DNA of 63,320 nucleotides, the filler included, from Globobulimina sp. (Eukaryota): NCBI GenBank assembly GCA_003354225.1. It is 51 parts of 51 records of this genome, joined end to end, with 100 filler letters (N's around TTAATTAATTAA, not from the genome) between each part and the next. Parts side by side here need not be neighbours in the genome. Positions count along the whole stretch, not along the records: positions 11,197 to 12,340 come from PIVH01022440.1; positions 12,441 to 13,584 come from PIVH01022441.1; positions 13,685 to 14,828 come from PIVH01022442.1; positions 14,929 to 16,072 come from PIVH01022443.1; positions 16,173 to 17,316 come from PIVH01022444.1; positions 17,417 to 18,560 come from PIVH01022445.1; positions 18,661 to 19,804 come from PIVH01022446.1; positions 19,905 to 21,048 come from PIVH01022447.1; 43 more parts are not named here. The stretch is one strand, 5' to 3'. A program made the translations under genes and the position numbers. The notes beneath the pieces are model-generated. The model did no database searches and had not been told where the DNA came from. It was given only the letters and a program-made list of their open reading frames with translations. This document shows, in pieces, positions 11,197-23,636 of this stretch (its first letter is position 1; every line of letters starts with the position of its first letter).

Positions 11197-12338
11197 CCGC
11201 ACAACAGTTTGCTCTGTTGATTGTATGCCAATTTCCATTCGTTCCCGCAATTCTCAGACTCTCTCAGCAATGCCATTTGCTTTTGTATGTTTTTGTTTTC
11301 TAATATTTCTTTCAAATTAATTACATTCGAACATTGTATAATTATTTGATTGCTAACTTTCCGCAGCAAAGAAGTGAGCCGATCGTTAGTTGCATAATAC
11401 TGAGACGTGGACCATATCATTCGTATAATTAATATTATCTCTTCCAACAACAATGGTATTTTAGCAGGAGAACATTCTGACAATTTTAAGCATGGCGCTT
11501 TCAAAGTTAATAAGTATTTTAAGTTTTCATTGGCTTCGGCTGACCCAAACTCTATGGAACCCGCCAAATTATCAAACCTTTCTAAATATGTCGATGCCGA
11601 AGCTCGTAATATTAAAATTATATTCACGACGCCTGCTTTGTTCAATTGCTCTCTCACTGAGACCAAATCGATAGTCCTTGCCCGCCAAAATTCGATTTCT
11701 TCCAAAGGTCCAATATCATCGGTTTCGCCGCTCACTGTCTGGTTTTTCACCATTTCTTCAATTTGCCGAGTCCAATGAATGAGAGTTGATTCTAATCTGC
11801 GCACTAATTCTGTATCGGAGGCCAATTTATTGATATCGATGCTGTCCGCATTGCAGTTTATACTTTGTTCTTTCGGGACATATAAAACCGTTTTTCCTTT
11901 TTGTTGGTTTACTGACTCAGTTAAAGCAGCCATAAATTTGTGTAGTTTTTCCGATAAGTCTTTCTGTACAGATTTGGGCCAGGAGGCATTGCCTAAGATG
12001 GTGGGCAGATATATGGTATTCATCATAGACAATAATGATTCTAATCTGTTGCCAGAAATGATGCCATACTGAACATGCTCGCTTGTTTCTGCACTGTTTA
12101 TCAAAGAGACATCGGAATCTTTCAAGAAGAATTGAATCATATTATTGTTGTATTTGGTGGGCGTACCACCTGTGTCAAAAATCACTTTTTGAGTGTTGTT
12201 GTTTCTATAAATCAATAAACGTGTAATATTTGGTGAGGCTAAAAAGTCAGAGATTGTCATTTCGTATTCTTCATTCCATTCATCATCGGAATATGGATTG
12301 AAATTCTTCAAATTTATTTTGCGTCGAATCCATTCAAT
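11197..12338 (-). CDS. Axonemal dynein heavy chain N-terminal region 1 (DNAH2/1-beta-like), internal fragment
   Basis: KGKTVLYVPKE, RRLESTLIHWTRQI, GPLEEIEFWRAR, IRMIWSTSQYY, LLRKVSNQII. Confidence 0.9.
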
Positions 12339-12440
12339 TGNNNNNNNNNNNNNNNNNNNNNNNNNNNNNNNNNNNNNNNNNNNNTTAATTAATTAANNNN
12401 NNNNNNNNNNNNNNNNNNNNNNNNNNNNNNNNNNNNNNNN

Positions 12441-13584
12441 TGACACAATTCCAACACGCTCCGTTAGCACAATTAACCTCATTAATCATCACGTTGCCAG
12501 TAATAAATGTTGCGCCGTAACATGCGCCCTCTCCGCCACAGTCAATCAAATCAATCACCACATCCGACCCCGATGTATTTTCAATAGTAAACGTGGCACC
12601 GCGCGCAGAATACATACCACCCATAAAAAATCCAGCCAAATGCGTCACCGGTTCCATATTGGAAAGACCCCTGAAAAAATAACAAATAATACATACCATA
12701 TTACCACACAGAATCATACCTATCTAATTTAATAAGAAAATTCGCATTTTCGCAAGATTGCACGTTACTGCACACAAACTCAAAGCCATCCGCAGGATTT
12801 GTAATAGTTTTGGTCGATCCCTGACACACATACGGCTCAGAACACATTACAGTGTCTAAGTTCTCAAAACATTGATCTAATCCGATTGCATTATCGCAGC
12901 TGGGACCGCATTGGCAAGTTTCTATACCAATATCGCCAATGAAGTTAAACACCGCCGCATCGCAGGCATTGGGCACAATGCACTCAAGTTCTTGGATCAC
13001 GACGCGGTCACAGCCCTCATTATTGATCGTGATATGTAATCCATGGCAGGCATTCTCGTCCGTACATAGGATTTTGCCAAACTCAAAGAGCTCTTTCACG
13101 GCCACAGCCCTACAGGCAAAGCCTGCGGGCGGTGCGCTCAAAGTGACATCAATGGTTAGTCCTTCACATGCACTCACACCTAAGTATAAAATGTCAAGTA
13201 AAGCAAGGTTTTTGAAAATCGTTTTCGCAGTTTGCATGTATACAAAATGACAAAATGTTTCTGGGTTTGTATCTCACAAACCTGCACAATCGATCATGAA
13301 CGATTCCTTCGGGTCAGTCACAGAGATGACGGCAAGTTGACAGGCACTGGGTCCATCGCAATCGATATAGTCCACATCGCTCGCAGTGATCACCGCGTCT
13401 TTGCACGCGTTCACGCCCGAACACTCAATGCTCACTCCATTCGCCGAAGACTTGTCACCCACAATGCGAATATCTTTCACACCGTAGACGCCAGCGGGAC
13501 CGGCACGAAACTCATAGCACGGATATTGAGAGCGCACTCCACATTCAATACTGCCACACTTACAACATTCGTACCCCTCCACAC
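12441..13584 (-). CDS. Cys-rich repeat extracellular protein fragment with two introns (13180-13281, 12671-12719)
   Basis: Recurrent C-x3-4-(A/S)C units (CSGVNAC, CDGPSAC, CTDENAC, CSNVQSC). GT-AG introns join the three ORFs in frame. Confidence 0.8.
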
Positions 13585-13957
13585 NNNNNNNNNNNNNNNN
13601 NNNNNNNNNNNNNNNNNNNNNNNNNNNNTTAATTAATTAANNNNNNNNNNNNNNNNNNNNNNNNNNNNNNNNNNNNNNNNNNNNTTATTTGGAATAATGC
13701 TAAGGAAGTCATGATTAGTGTGTTAGTGAGCAACGAAGCGAAAAACTGCTACATTTGCATCTGATCAGCACTCATCGTCGTCGGCAGAAAAGTGTCAAAA
13801 ATGAATAAGAGTTTGTCATTGAGTTTCCGCAGTGTCTATGCCAATGAATATGATGATATGATAGCATTTCATTGCTTATAAAACAATACACGGGACAGGA
13901 AAAAAAGGATTTGGGTAAATAAAAAATATACTTTATATGTCCGCATTTCTTATTGAT

Positions 13958-14826
13958 TCAATCATAAATTTGTAGCTGATATTGATCATCACACAGAGCC
14001 ACAGCTAAGACATAATTTCTATCATTATCCACATTGAACGCAAGTCCGTTAACATTATCATTGCTGTAAAATCTTAAATCATTATGCATTATAAACCTAT
14101 TATTCGTTCGATTCAACTCCACAGTGACGGTGTCACCCACTTTATATTTATGTCCATACGATTTGCCTTTCTTATCAATATGGTATTTTCTGCCCTTTTC
14201 GCCACCAAAACAATATCCAATCCGTGGTAATAACCAAAACGCGCTTCGTATGGCGCTCCCACGTTCTCCCTCCGATATACTGTCAATATCTACCACACCG
14301 ATCATACACTTAACTGCTTTGTTTGTATTTATTATAGAAACGTTTCTAGGAATATCGGTATTTGGTAATATCTTTATTTGCCATCGTTTATACTCTCCTT
14401 TGGTCACAATTTTTGTACCAAATACAGATATCCATTGTGGGCTCTTTGCGTTCGAATCAGTTTTAACACTGATTGTGTTGGCTAAGTTATCGTTGAATAT
14501 AATGTATGGATTGGAAGCAGGATTTTCAATGTCCCAACAATCACTTAATTGGTTGGTTGTGGTTGATTCGTTGTGTATAATTATGCTTTTATTGCCTATT
14601 TTTGTGATAGTATTTGGTGGATTGCATTCTGTTGATCTGCTATTACGGTCCAAGTGATATTGCTGCGTTTTGTTGTGTATATTTTGTGTGTTATGTTTGG
14701 ATTTTATAAACATGTACAAAAACGGATTCATACTTTATGACTTTCATCATGTATTCTTTGCTCCCATCCTGCCAGTTTGGATAGAATGGTTTCAATTGTT
14801 TTTGAATCTGAACTTGGTGTGTTTTG
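13958..14826 (-). CDS. SPRY/B30.2 domain protein, 5'-partial, intron 14663-14733
   Basis: RWQIKI, CMIGVVD, SYGHKYKVGDTVTVELN, LRFYSN, YVLAVAL. Phase-0 GTATGA...CAG intron. Confidence 0.8.
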
Positions 14827-14928
14827 TGNNNNNNNNNNNNNNNNNNNNNNNNNNNNNNNNNNNNNNNNNNNNTTAATTAATTAANNNNNNNNNNNNNNNN
14901 NNNNNNNNNNNNNNNNNNNNNNNNNNNN

Positions 14929-16018
14929 GGCATCATTGACAATTACCTTTACAGCATCATGTATGAGACCAGTTCGATGGCGCACAAAAACAAAACATAC
15001 CGTTTCCAGGATTGCATTCTATGACACAGTCCGTGTTATTGTCGCAAATTATTATATTTTCTGTTGGATTAGAAAAAGGACAACAAACTGCACCCTCGTC
15101 ACCCCATAAACCGATATTGCCACAGATACTTTCTCCAGTTTCATCATCAAAATATATGGTGGTACTTCCAATTAACACATTGTTTCGAAATGGATCGTAA
15201 CATAATATTCCTATGGGATTGTAGTATGAATTATGATTTTTAAAATCAGCGTACTGGACAGATAAAAAATCTTTGGTATAATTTAAACCATCAATATAGA
15301 TTTGAGCAGAACATACAGCGCCATTATTACAAAAAAATAAACAACTTTCCACCGTATTAGAAGGACAATATAATGATATCCAATTACAAGACATGTCGTT
15401 GCATGTTAACACCACCAAATCGACGTTGTCATTACTTGCTAAATTTGTAAGTTGACAGCCTTTATCTTCTGAACATTCCATACTAACAATTTCTGCATTG
15501 GATATATCAAAATCTGCATACCCGCATCCACTGCAATGTATATTTATTACATCAATATTTGAAATATAAATATTTCCATAATCACAGGAACTGCAATTTA
15601 TAGCAACTGTGGTAGTGTTATAATCATTAATATTGCCATTTACATGAACATTAATATTGGTACAAGAAGTTGCCGCATTGCATGATAACCGGAAATCATT
15701 TGAATATGAGATGATTGTGGTATTATGACAGCTATAATAGTCTGAACATTTGATATTACAATTAGTTGAATCATCAGCTACGCATAAAATCATGCTGTTT
15801 GAGCACGAATGATAACCAGCACAATGGATGACACATTCTAATGATGAATTACACGCAATAATAAATTTTTGGTTTCCATCAACATTGTTTGCAGCTGAAT
15901 CGAGGAACCAATATTGACCGGTGGCGTTCATAATGCTTGGGGATAAATGTATGTTTGAGGAGCTGGACGTAGATGCGAGCCAAGCACTCATCAAACAAAG
16001 GATGGTAGACATGTTCAT
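14929..16018 (-). CDS. Secreted Cys-rich repeat protein, N-terminal part
   Basis: Signal-peptide-like MSTILCLMSAWLAS and repeats CAGYHSC, CSDYYSC, CNAATSC, CSEDKGC, CNDMSC. Confidence 0.8.
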
Positions 16019-16172
16019 TTTGTTACTTAAGGTTAAAAAACTGCATGCTTAAATGTTCCAACATGACACGGTNNNNNNNNNNNNNNNNNNNNNNNNNNNN
16101 NNNNNNNNNNNNNNNNTTAATTAATTAANNNNNNNNNNNNNNNNNNNNNNNNNNNNNNNNNNNNNNNNNNNN

Positions 16173-16585
16173 CTTATTGTAAGAAACTATGTATTTCCAC
16201 AACAGCTTTTTTTGTTGTGGGGCTTCCGGGAGAAACTAAAGATGGGATAGTTGAATCCATGAAATATGCTGAAAACTTGAATGTCGACACCATCTCTATT
16301 ATGATTGCAACGCCATATCCTGGAACCAGGCTATATGACATATGCATTGAAAACGGATACATTGATGATGGATATCAATTTTACAAGTTAACTCCACATT
16401 ACAGTTTGATTAATACTGAAGATTTTTCTTCAAAAGATATTGACAAAATCATAAAAAAAACAGTTATTAATCAAGCATTAAAGCATCCTTTAGGGACATT
16501 GAAAAGAATCCGTGAAAAATTTTTCACAGCTCCTGAAGCTACATTGTCAATAATTTATAAATATATATTTTCTGAATTATCTTGA
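16173..16585 (+). CDS. Bacterial radical SAM protein (B12-binding family-like), C-terminal fragment
   Basis: FFVVGLPGET and IATPYPGTRLY motifs. No introns, operon-like spacing to the next gene. Confidence 0.85.
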
Positions 16586-16628
16586 AAAAAAGTATTATAT
16601 AATTTCATATTATATTAGGGGTTACAAT

Positions 16629-17316
16629 ATGCGTGTTCTGTTTGTTGATGAAAATTTGGCATTTCCTCTTAATTCGGGAAAAAAGCTCAGAACCTATCAT
16701 CTTTTAAAAGAGACATCGCAGAAACATGAAATTACATGCATAACATATGTTGATGCATACGAAGATCAAAACTCTAAAAAGCACTATGAGTCCTTAGGAA
16801 TTCGTGTTGTACCTATAAAACCACCAAACATTAATAAAACCGGACTTTCCATGTTAAAGTCGGTCGGAAAAAATATTTTTCAGTCCTCGCCTTTCAGTTC
16901 GGTAGCATATGACACACCTCAAATTCGTGCTGCAATAAAAAATGAACTGAATATTCATAATTATGACTTGTTTCATTGTGAATTAACACAGCTGGCACAG
17001 TTTATTTCCTTGGCTGATAGTTTGCCATCTGTATTAAATGCACATAATATTGAAGCCATTATTTGGCAACGCTTAGCTAATATAACTTCAAATCCGTTGA
17101 AAAAGTTGGGGTATATCATTCAAGCAAAAAAAATGGGGCATTTTGAAAAATATTACAGTAATCAATATAGCCTGGTAATATATGTATCTGAAAATGACAG
17201 GAAGATTGCTCAGAAACGATACAATATTAATAATACTGAAGTTGTCGAAAATGGTGTTGATATTAAACACTTTAACTTCTATGAAACAAAAGTAACCATC
17301 ACCTTAAACGGCAAGC
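16629..17316 (+). CDS. Bacterial glycosyltransferase family 4, N-terminal part
   Basis: MRVLFV..FPLNSGKKLRTYHLL, VLNAHNIE, YVSENDR, VVENGVD. AGGGG RBS-like motif upstream of the ATG. Confidence 0.9.
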
Positions 17317-17416
17317 NNNNNNNNNNNNNNNNNNNNNNNNNNNNNNNNNNNNNNNNNNNNTTAATTAATTAANNNNNNNNNNNNNNNNNNNNNNNNNNNN
17401 NNNNNNNNNNNNNNNN

Positions 17417-18560
17417 CAGCTGCGACCGGCAGACAGCCACCAAAAGATATTACTATGCGTGGTATACAATGGAATAAATTAAAAGGTTCAGCATTAAATA
17501 AATCCATATTTAGCAATATACAAATCAAAGACGACGATATCGATTTAGATTTTACGCTATTAAGTCAATTATGGCGCAAACAAAAGAAAAAAAAGAAGCC
17601 AAGGAAACCCAAAAAAAAAAATAGCGACAAACATAAAAAACGCAGCAAAATTGAATTCTTAGAAGACATGGACGACGGTGGCAAAAAAGCCAGAGTTGCA
17701 AACATCACAATAAAAGCCATCAAAAAAAGCGCAGAGCAATACAGAGACATCATACTGACGATGCAATTTGCAGACGGCGACAAAAACCACGAAGACATTG
17801 TCACTGCCATTCAGAAGATCGTGCCCAACGAAGAGCACATGGCCAAATTCCACGAACATTTTAAAAAAGAAAAATATAAACCAATCGATGTGAAATATTT
17901 TGCCCAAGGAGAGAGATTATGGTATTATTGTCGCAAAATCCCATTAGTATCGCTACGTTGTGAGCTATGGATGTTTAAGTTGCAATTTGCTGAACTATGC
18001 GACGACCAATACAGACATATCCATTTATTACGCGATACCTACAGCAGTATCAATGGCAACAAGCCCATGTTTAAAGTCTTTGAATTGATCCTCGCCATTG
18101 GCAATTATCTAAATTACGGCCATCGGCGTAACGGTGGCGCCAAAGGTATCCGCTTGGATATATTTGACAAATTACGTGATTTGAAAGCCAATAAACCAAG
18201 TTTGCCGGATGAGGATGAAAAGGAGGAGAAAAAGAATGCCATTCCAGATATGGGCACTGATAAATACACGTTGCTAATGTATTTGGTACATATGGTAAAT
18301 AAGAGATATCCCGAATTGAATGACTGGGTCAAAATATTTGATAATTGCAAAGCTTGCATCAAGATAAAAACAGACGAGTTGGAGAAAGATGTCAATTCCA
18401 TTGATAAGAAAGTGAAGAATTTGAAGGTTCAGTTGCGTAAAATGGATGAGGAGAGGCTCCAATTTATAGCGCAGGAGGCGGAAAAGGCGGAAAAGGCGAA
18501 AAAAAAGAAAAAAAAGGAGCAAAAGGAAAATAAAAACGAAGAGTGGGAAGACCCACCGGC
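17417..18560 (+). CDS. Formin FH2 domain protein, fragment
   Basis: MRGIQWNKL lasso, ANITI, ILAIGNYLNYG..GGAKGIRL, TLLMYLV. Confidence 0.9.
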
Positions 18561-18660
18561 NNNNNNNNNNNNNNNNNNNNNNNNNNNNNNNNNNNNNNNN
18601 NNNNTTAATTAATTAANNNNNNNNNNNNNNNNNNNNNNNNNNNNNNNNNNNNNNNNNNNN

Positions 18661-19804
18661 ACATATTTACATTCCGGTCACATCCCCATTCATCCTGACA
18701 TGTTATGCCTATATTACAATCCACACCAAACTCAGCAAATATTTTATTTGTATCATTGCAATCTATCGCATCAATAATATCATAAACACTCAGTTCATTT
18801 CCAATTGCTTTGTTACTGTCAATTCGAAATAGTTTTGGAACAAAAACTTCATCGATATCAGCCATAAATAAATATTTATTATCCCGCGCAAATTGGCGAA
18901 TGCATGAATTCATTGCGGATATTTGAAATGTAAATTGTCGGTTGAATGGTTTGGCCCATTTTATGTATGTTATCAATTTGCGTCCATATACTTTGAAATA
19001 TGGGCCAATAATTTCATTCCACATAAATTCGCTCTGTTTTTCAATGTCATCGTTATGATGATAAATATCAAAATGTTGATAAAAATAAAAATGTTCAACA
19101 CCAACGATATGCATTACAAATTCCATCCATTCATGCACTTTTTGAATGATTTGAGTTTGATCAAACGAGTATATATCACCTCGAGTTACATGCAATATAA
19201 CACAGGCTCCCATGTTGTGTTTTTTATGCTTTATCAAATCACCGGATTGCTTTAGTGCTAATAGTGAATGGAGCGATGTAGGAAGTACTGGCTCTGCTGA
19301 TTGCAGCATAGAATATAGATTCATCCCATTGTTTATCACATAATTAGGACAAATGGGTACTGTGATATATGATATGTTGTGCTTATTTGATTGGGCGTAA
19401 AATAATTGAAAAGGGTCAAGCAATGTCACTTGGAATGGTGTATAAATATATTGTTTCTTGGTCATTATATCTAAATATTTGTATAAGATCGAGGGAACTT
19501 TGCATTTTATGATGGCATAGCGATCCTGTAATTTATGAGGTGGCTGGATTCTGAGACATAAAGGGGTCAAAGTCTGTTTTGTTGTGGAAGCTCCAAAATT
19601 AAAAAGACATAACAAATATTTTGTTTGTTGCAGTAGTTGACGGAAATAATGTGATTGCTGCTTATATTTATTGGTGGAAAAGTCTTGATAGACATACGGA
19701 TTGACCACAAATATCCAAATAATGAGTTGCGATGTCGATGGCTCTTTAACCAACATAACGTTATCTACTCTTAAATATGACATTGCTGCCGTACCATTGT
19801 GATA
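18661..19804 (-). CDS. Glycosyltransferase family 92-like protein, fragment
   Basis: EWMEFVMHIVGVEHFYFY, QISAMNSCI, YLFMADIDEVFVP (DxD). Confidence 0.75.
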
Positions 19805-19978
19805 NNNNNNNNNNNNNNNNNNNNNNNNNNNNNNNNNNNNNNNNNNNNTTAATTAATTAANNNNNNNNNNNNNNNNNNNNNNNNNNNNNNNNNNNNNNNN
19901 NNNNAATTTAAAAAAAAAACGCGTTTTCAATATGTATAAAACGCGTTTTTGTGATAAAAATATACAGTATTTGCGTGT

Positions 19979-20677
19979 TTGGGGCGTTGTATTGAACGCT
20001 GTGCCGGGTTCAAATTACAAGAATTAGTGGCAAAGAAAGTGGTGGATATCGATGGATTGAATGTAAATATTAACATAAAACGTGCGTTTCAACGCGTCTC
20101 TGTGACCTCACATAACGAGAACATAGCGAGTCAGTTTAATGTGCGAAGTGGTGATGAATTGGTGGAAGATTTGAGTATAACCAATCAGTCTCATATAGAA
20201 ATGTCAAATACTGAATCAAATCCATTGCATACATCTGGCAGCAAACAGAAACGGAAGAAATTGTTTACATCGTTAGATATTTTAGAGGATCATCGGAGTA
20301 CATTAGCCTCAGCCTTGAGCTCTGACGACGAAGAGCCGGAATTGAAGGCATATGCACAGAAAGGGAAAGGTGGCGATTCTTCATTGATGGATGAGATGGA
20401 GAATGGGAATGGGAACAATCAAGTGACGGATGAGGAGGATGATGGGTATGATGTTGATATTGATATGGAACAAAGTCAGAGTAGAACATTAAATAAAAAT
20501 GATGTTTTGGAAAATGATTTTTATCACTCATCGGATACTATGGGTGCTGATAGTAAAATGAATGATAATTCAAAAGCACTGATTGAACAGAAACATAGTT
20601 TGCGAGGTGATTTGGCACTTTTTAATCAGGATAGAAATAGGGGGGATTCTGGTGCGCGAAGAAAGCTTTCGTTATAA
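19979..20677 (+). CDS. Hypothetical acidic low-complexity protein, last exon
   Basis: 232-codon ORF preceded by an intron-like ...ATACAG and followed by a T-rich 3' region. Confidence 0.6.
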   Translation: MGRCIERCAGFKLQELVAKKVVDIDGLNVNINIKRAFQRVSVTSHNENIASQFNVRSGDELVEDLSITNQSHIEMSNTESNPLHTSGSKQKRKKLFTSLDILEDHRSTLASALSSDDEEPELKAYAQKGKGGDSSLMDEMENGNGNNQVTDEEDDGYDVDIDMEQSQSRTLNKNDVLENDFYHSSDTMGADSKMNDNSKALIEQKHSLRGDLALFNQDRNRGDSGARRKLSL

Positions 20678-21148
20678 AAGTTGATATGTTTGGATTTTAT
20701 GATTAGTAGTTTGTGTTGTAATGAATTTGTGATTTCAGTTCTTGATTTAGTTAAATAGATTATATTAATTTCAGTTAAACGGCTACAATTAATATAATGT
20801 CATTTTACACATTTGCATACTGGCTCTGTCACAGACATTAGCTGATGTTTCATGTGGGACCATATGTAAAAGTGTAAAATTCATTTGTTTTGTTTAGTAA
20901 AGTGATTTTTGAGAGGTTGTGCTTGCTTTGTGAGAAAAAAAGGTAAATTAAAAAATTGTACAAATTCAAAATTATTTATATTAATCAATTAATTCGACAA
21001 ACAAATTAAAGCACACACTAAGACACTTTTGATGTATGATGTTTTAATNNNNNNNNNNNNNNNNNNNNNNNNNNNNNNNNNNNNNNNNNNNNTTAATTAA
21101 TTAANNNNNNNNNNNNNNNNNNNNNNNNNNNNNNNNNNNNNNNNNNNN

Positions 21149-21867
21149 TAGAATCTTTTCATTGAAATGAGTCGATTATAGCGAGAGTTTGCTAACCGGA
21201 ACCTGTAACTATCAATAACTATACATTGACAAATAATACAGTGTCCGAATCGACATTGATATCGATCGCCATTCTGGTTCTGACAATAATTATTTTTAAG
21301 CAAACATGCATCACAAATATATATATATTTCATGTCTTCGTTGCATTGTATAGTTTTGTTTCTTGTATAATGATAAATGCACATTACACAGTCCATATAA
21401 AGCATTTGTTTGGCGGGTGATTCCGTGCTATGCGATTTAACTGCGCCACAAAGGAAACATTCAACGAAATGACAGCTGAGTCGAACTCGCAGCCGCTGGC
21501 CATGGATTCTATTCGTTTGCTCGTTTTCTTTCAAATTACAAAAACTATAAAAATCCCAACAAGAATCACATGCGTAATATTTTTTCAAAGGGTATTTGTC
21601 TCCTTTTATCAAAAATTCACTGCAATGTTGACACTCAATGAGTTTTAGCTTTGAAGCACTGCATTGTTTGCAGACTCTGCATAAATGCTCTCTGATATTG
21701 GTTTTATAATGAATTGAGTTGACTGAATACGGAACAATATCATTGATACTATAATCTGGATCCATTGACAAATCATACTTGATTTCATTTATGATATATT
21801 GATAATTTTGGGAATTCGATAAAATTTTATTTCTCTTAAAATCTCTGCAGTTTTTGCGATGTAGCAC
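21149..21867 (-). CDS. Hypothetical Cys-rich (multiple CxxC) putative zinc-binding protein
   Basis: CRVC, CQHC, CDSC, CFLC, CVMC, CDAC, CIIC. Confidence 0.55.
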
Positions 21868-22393
21868 TAATTATAATAAGCAAACTTCGTAATGTGATTA
21901 TGTGGAATAAACAAAAAGATACCTTTTGGTTTTAAATGTTTTTTTTTACATTTCCTCGCGTATTTTGATGTAACATAAGAAAAAGCGTCGTCCATTGCAA
22001 TGTTTAGAAGATGTGAATGATTTTAAAGTTTTCAGTAGTTTTTTCAGTATAATTTATAATTTTGAATATCTTTGCAAAGATGTTTATTATCAACAGTTCC
22101 ATAGTTTGGTGGATGAACAATAACCAAATCCATTGGAACGGAAAAGAATATGTTATTTTGTTGTCTGAATGATATATAGTTAAAATTTTCCAAATCAGCG
22201 ACAACTTGCGTATCAAAACATTTTTGGGTACCCCATGTTTTGCCTATCAAAAAAACAATATCCTCTTCCACTGTTTTTCTCTGAAAAAAAAANNNNNNNN
22301 NNNNNNNNNNNNNNNNNNNNNNNNNNNNNNNNNNNNTTAATTAATTAANNNNNNNNNNNNNNNNNNNNNNNNNNNNNNNNNNNNNNNNNNNNC

Positions 22394-22600
22394 AAAGGAG
22401 TACATTATATTTTATTATGTAAAGTGATTACTGGAGAATATATTATCGGTAATTCAAAAATGAAAACAATACCAAGAAAAGCAGACGGCTCGGAATACGA
22501 ATCTTTGGTAAATAATGTGAGTGAGCCGCGTGTGTTTGTTATTTGGAGGGATTATCATGCTGTGCCATATTTTTTGGTTAAATACAAAAGTTGTGTTTAA
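22394..22600 (+). CDS. PARP-family ADP-ribosyltransferase catalytic C-terminus (mono-ART type; absent from the ORF track)
   Basis: ILLCKVITGEYIIGNSKMKTIP...YESLVNNVSEPRVFVIWRDYHAVPYFLVKY* matches the PARP10/12/14/15-type C-terminal pattern. Confidence 0.85.
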   Translation, partial: KGVHYILLCKVITGEYIIGNSKMKTIPRKADGSEYESLVNNVSEPRVFVIWRDYHAVPYFLVKYKSCV

Positions 22601-22665
22601 ATTATTTCCTTTTTGGTCGAAAGTTTTCAGCAAGCTGTCATATATTCAGATAGAGAAAAGTAAAG

Positions 22666-23536
22666 ATGGGTAATGGCCTTGCAAACAATGATATTGTTTC
22701 CCCCCGACACAATAATCATCACCGTACACATTCTCCCACCGCATCGGCTTCATTGAGTTCATTTTCAAGAAGGAAAATTCGTGTCTATGATGAGCATGAA
22801 AAGGAATCGCGAAAGATTTATAAAGAGATATTCCGCGACATTAAAAAACTGCGCGTCGAGGATGGAAATAAAGAATATAATCCACATCGGAGACACCAAT
22901 CGATTTATATGAATTTGCCACCAAATTTAAAGAAATACAGCGATACAATGCATGTGGTGAATGAATTTTGGTTAAATAACATCAAGAGTTTGGATGGTGA
23001 CAAATTAAACGAAATCGCAATGTTATTATATTGCCATTTATATTGCCAATGTTCAGCAAAACAACGAAAATTATTATTAAAATCCAATAAAAAGGTGGTT
23101 CCATCGCATATATTGAAAATATTTACTATTTGGGAATATTTTGTGCGTCAAACAATCGATGCAAATCCAGAAAGTCATAAGAAATTATTCAAACAATTAC
23201 GGATTTTGGGTTCTCTCCATAACAAATATTTGAATGCAACTGAGAATGACAATGAATTTTATGATATGGATGAATTTGAGCATGCAGACAGCTCTGATGA
23301 TAATATTTATATTTTAATACTAAATTCATTCAATTATGCCATGGAGCAAACATTTAAAAACTTGTACACTGTTCGAATACGTTTTTGTTTCAGCCAATCA
23401 TATCAGGTTTTTATTGATATAATGAACAACAATGATTTAACCTCATTACTTAACAATGCATCGTTATTGAGACAAATTGATGGTTTTCTGGCTTCGTTGG
23501 CTGATTGTTTGAGCCATGAAATCGGTGCATTGTATT
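22666..23536 (+). CDS. N-myristoylation-motif globin-domain protein with a probable downstream RGS domain, 3'-partial
   Basis: MGNGLA start. Globin-like helices at about aa 92-254 (FW102, LLYCHLY, H148, LGSLH185, YTVRIRFCFSQSY...IM). FLASLADCLSHEIGALY resembles RGS alpha1-alpha2. Confidence 0.65.
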
Positions 23537-23636
23537 NNNNNNNNNNNNNNNNNNNNNNNNNNNNNNNNNNNNNNNNNNNNTTAATTAATTAANNNNNNNN
23601 NNNNNNNNNNNNNNNNNNNNNNNNNNNNNNNNNNNN

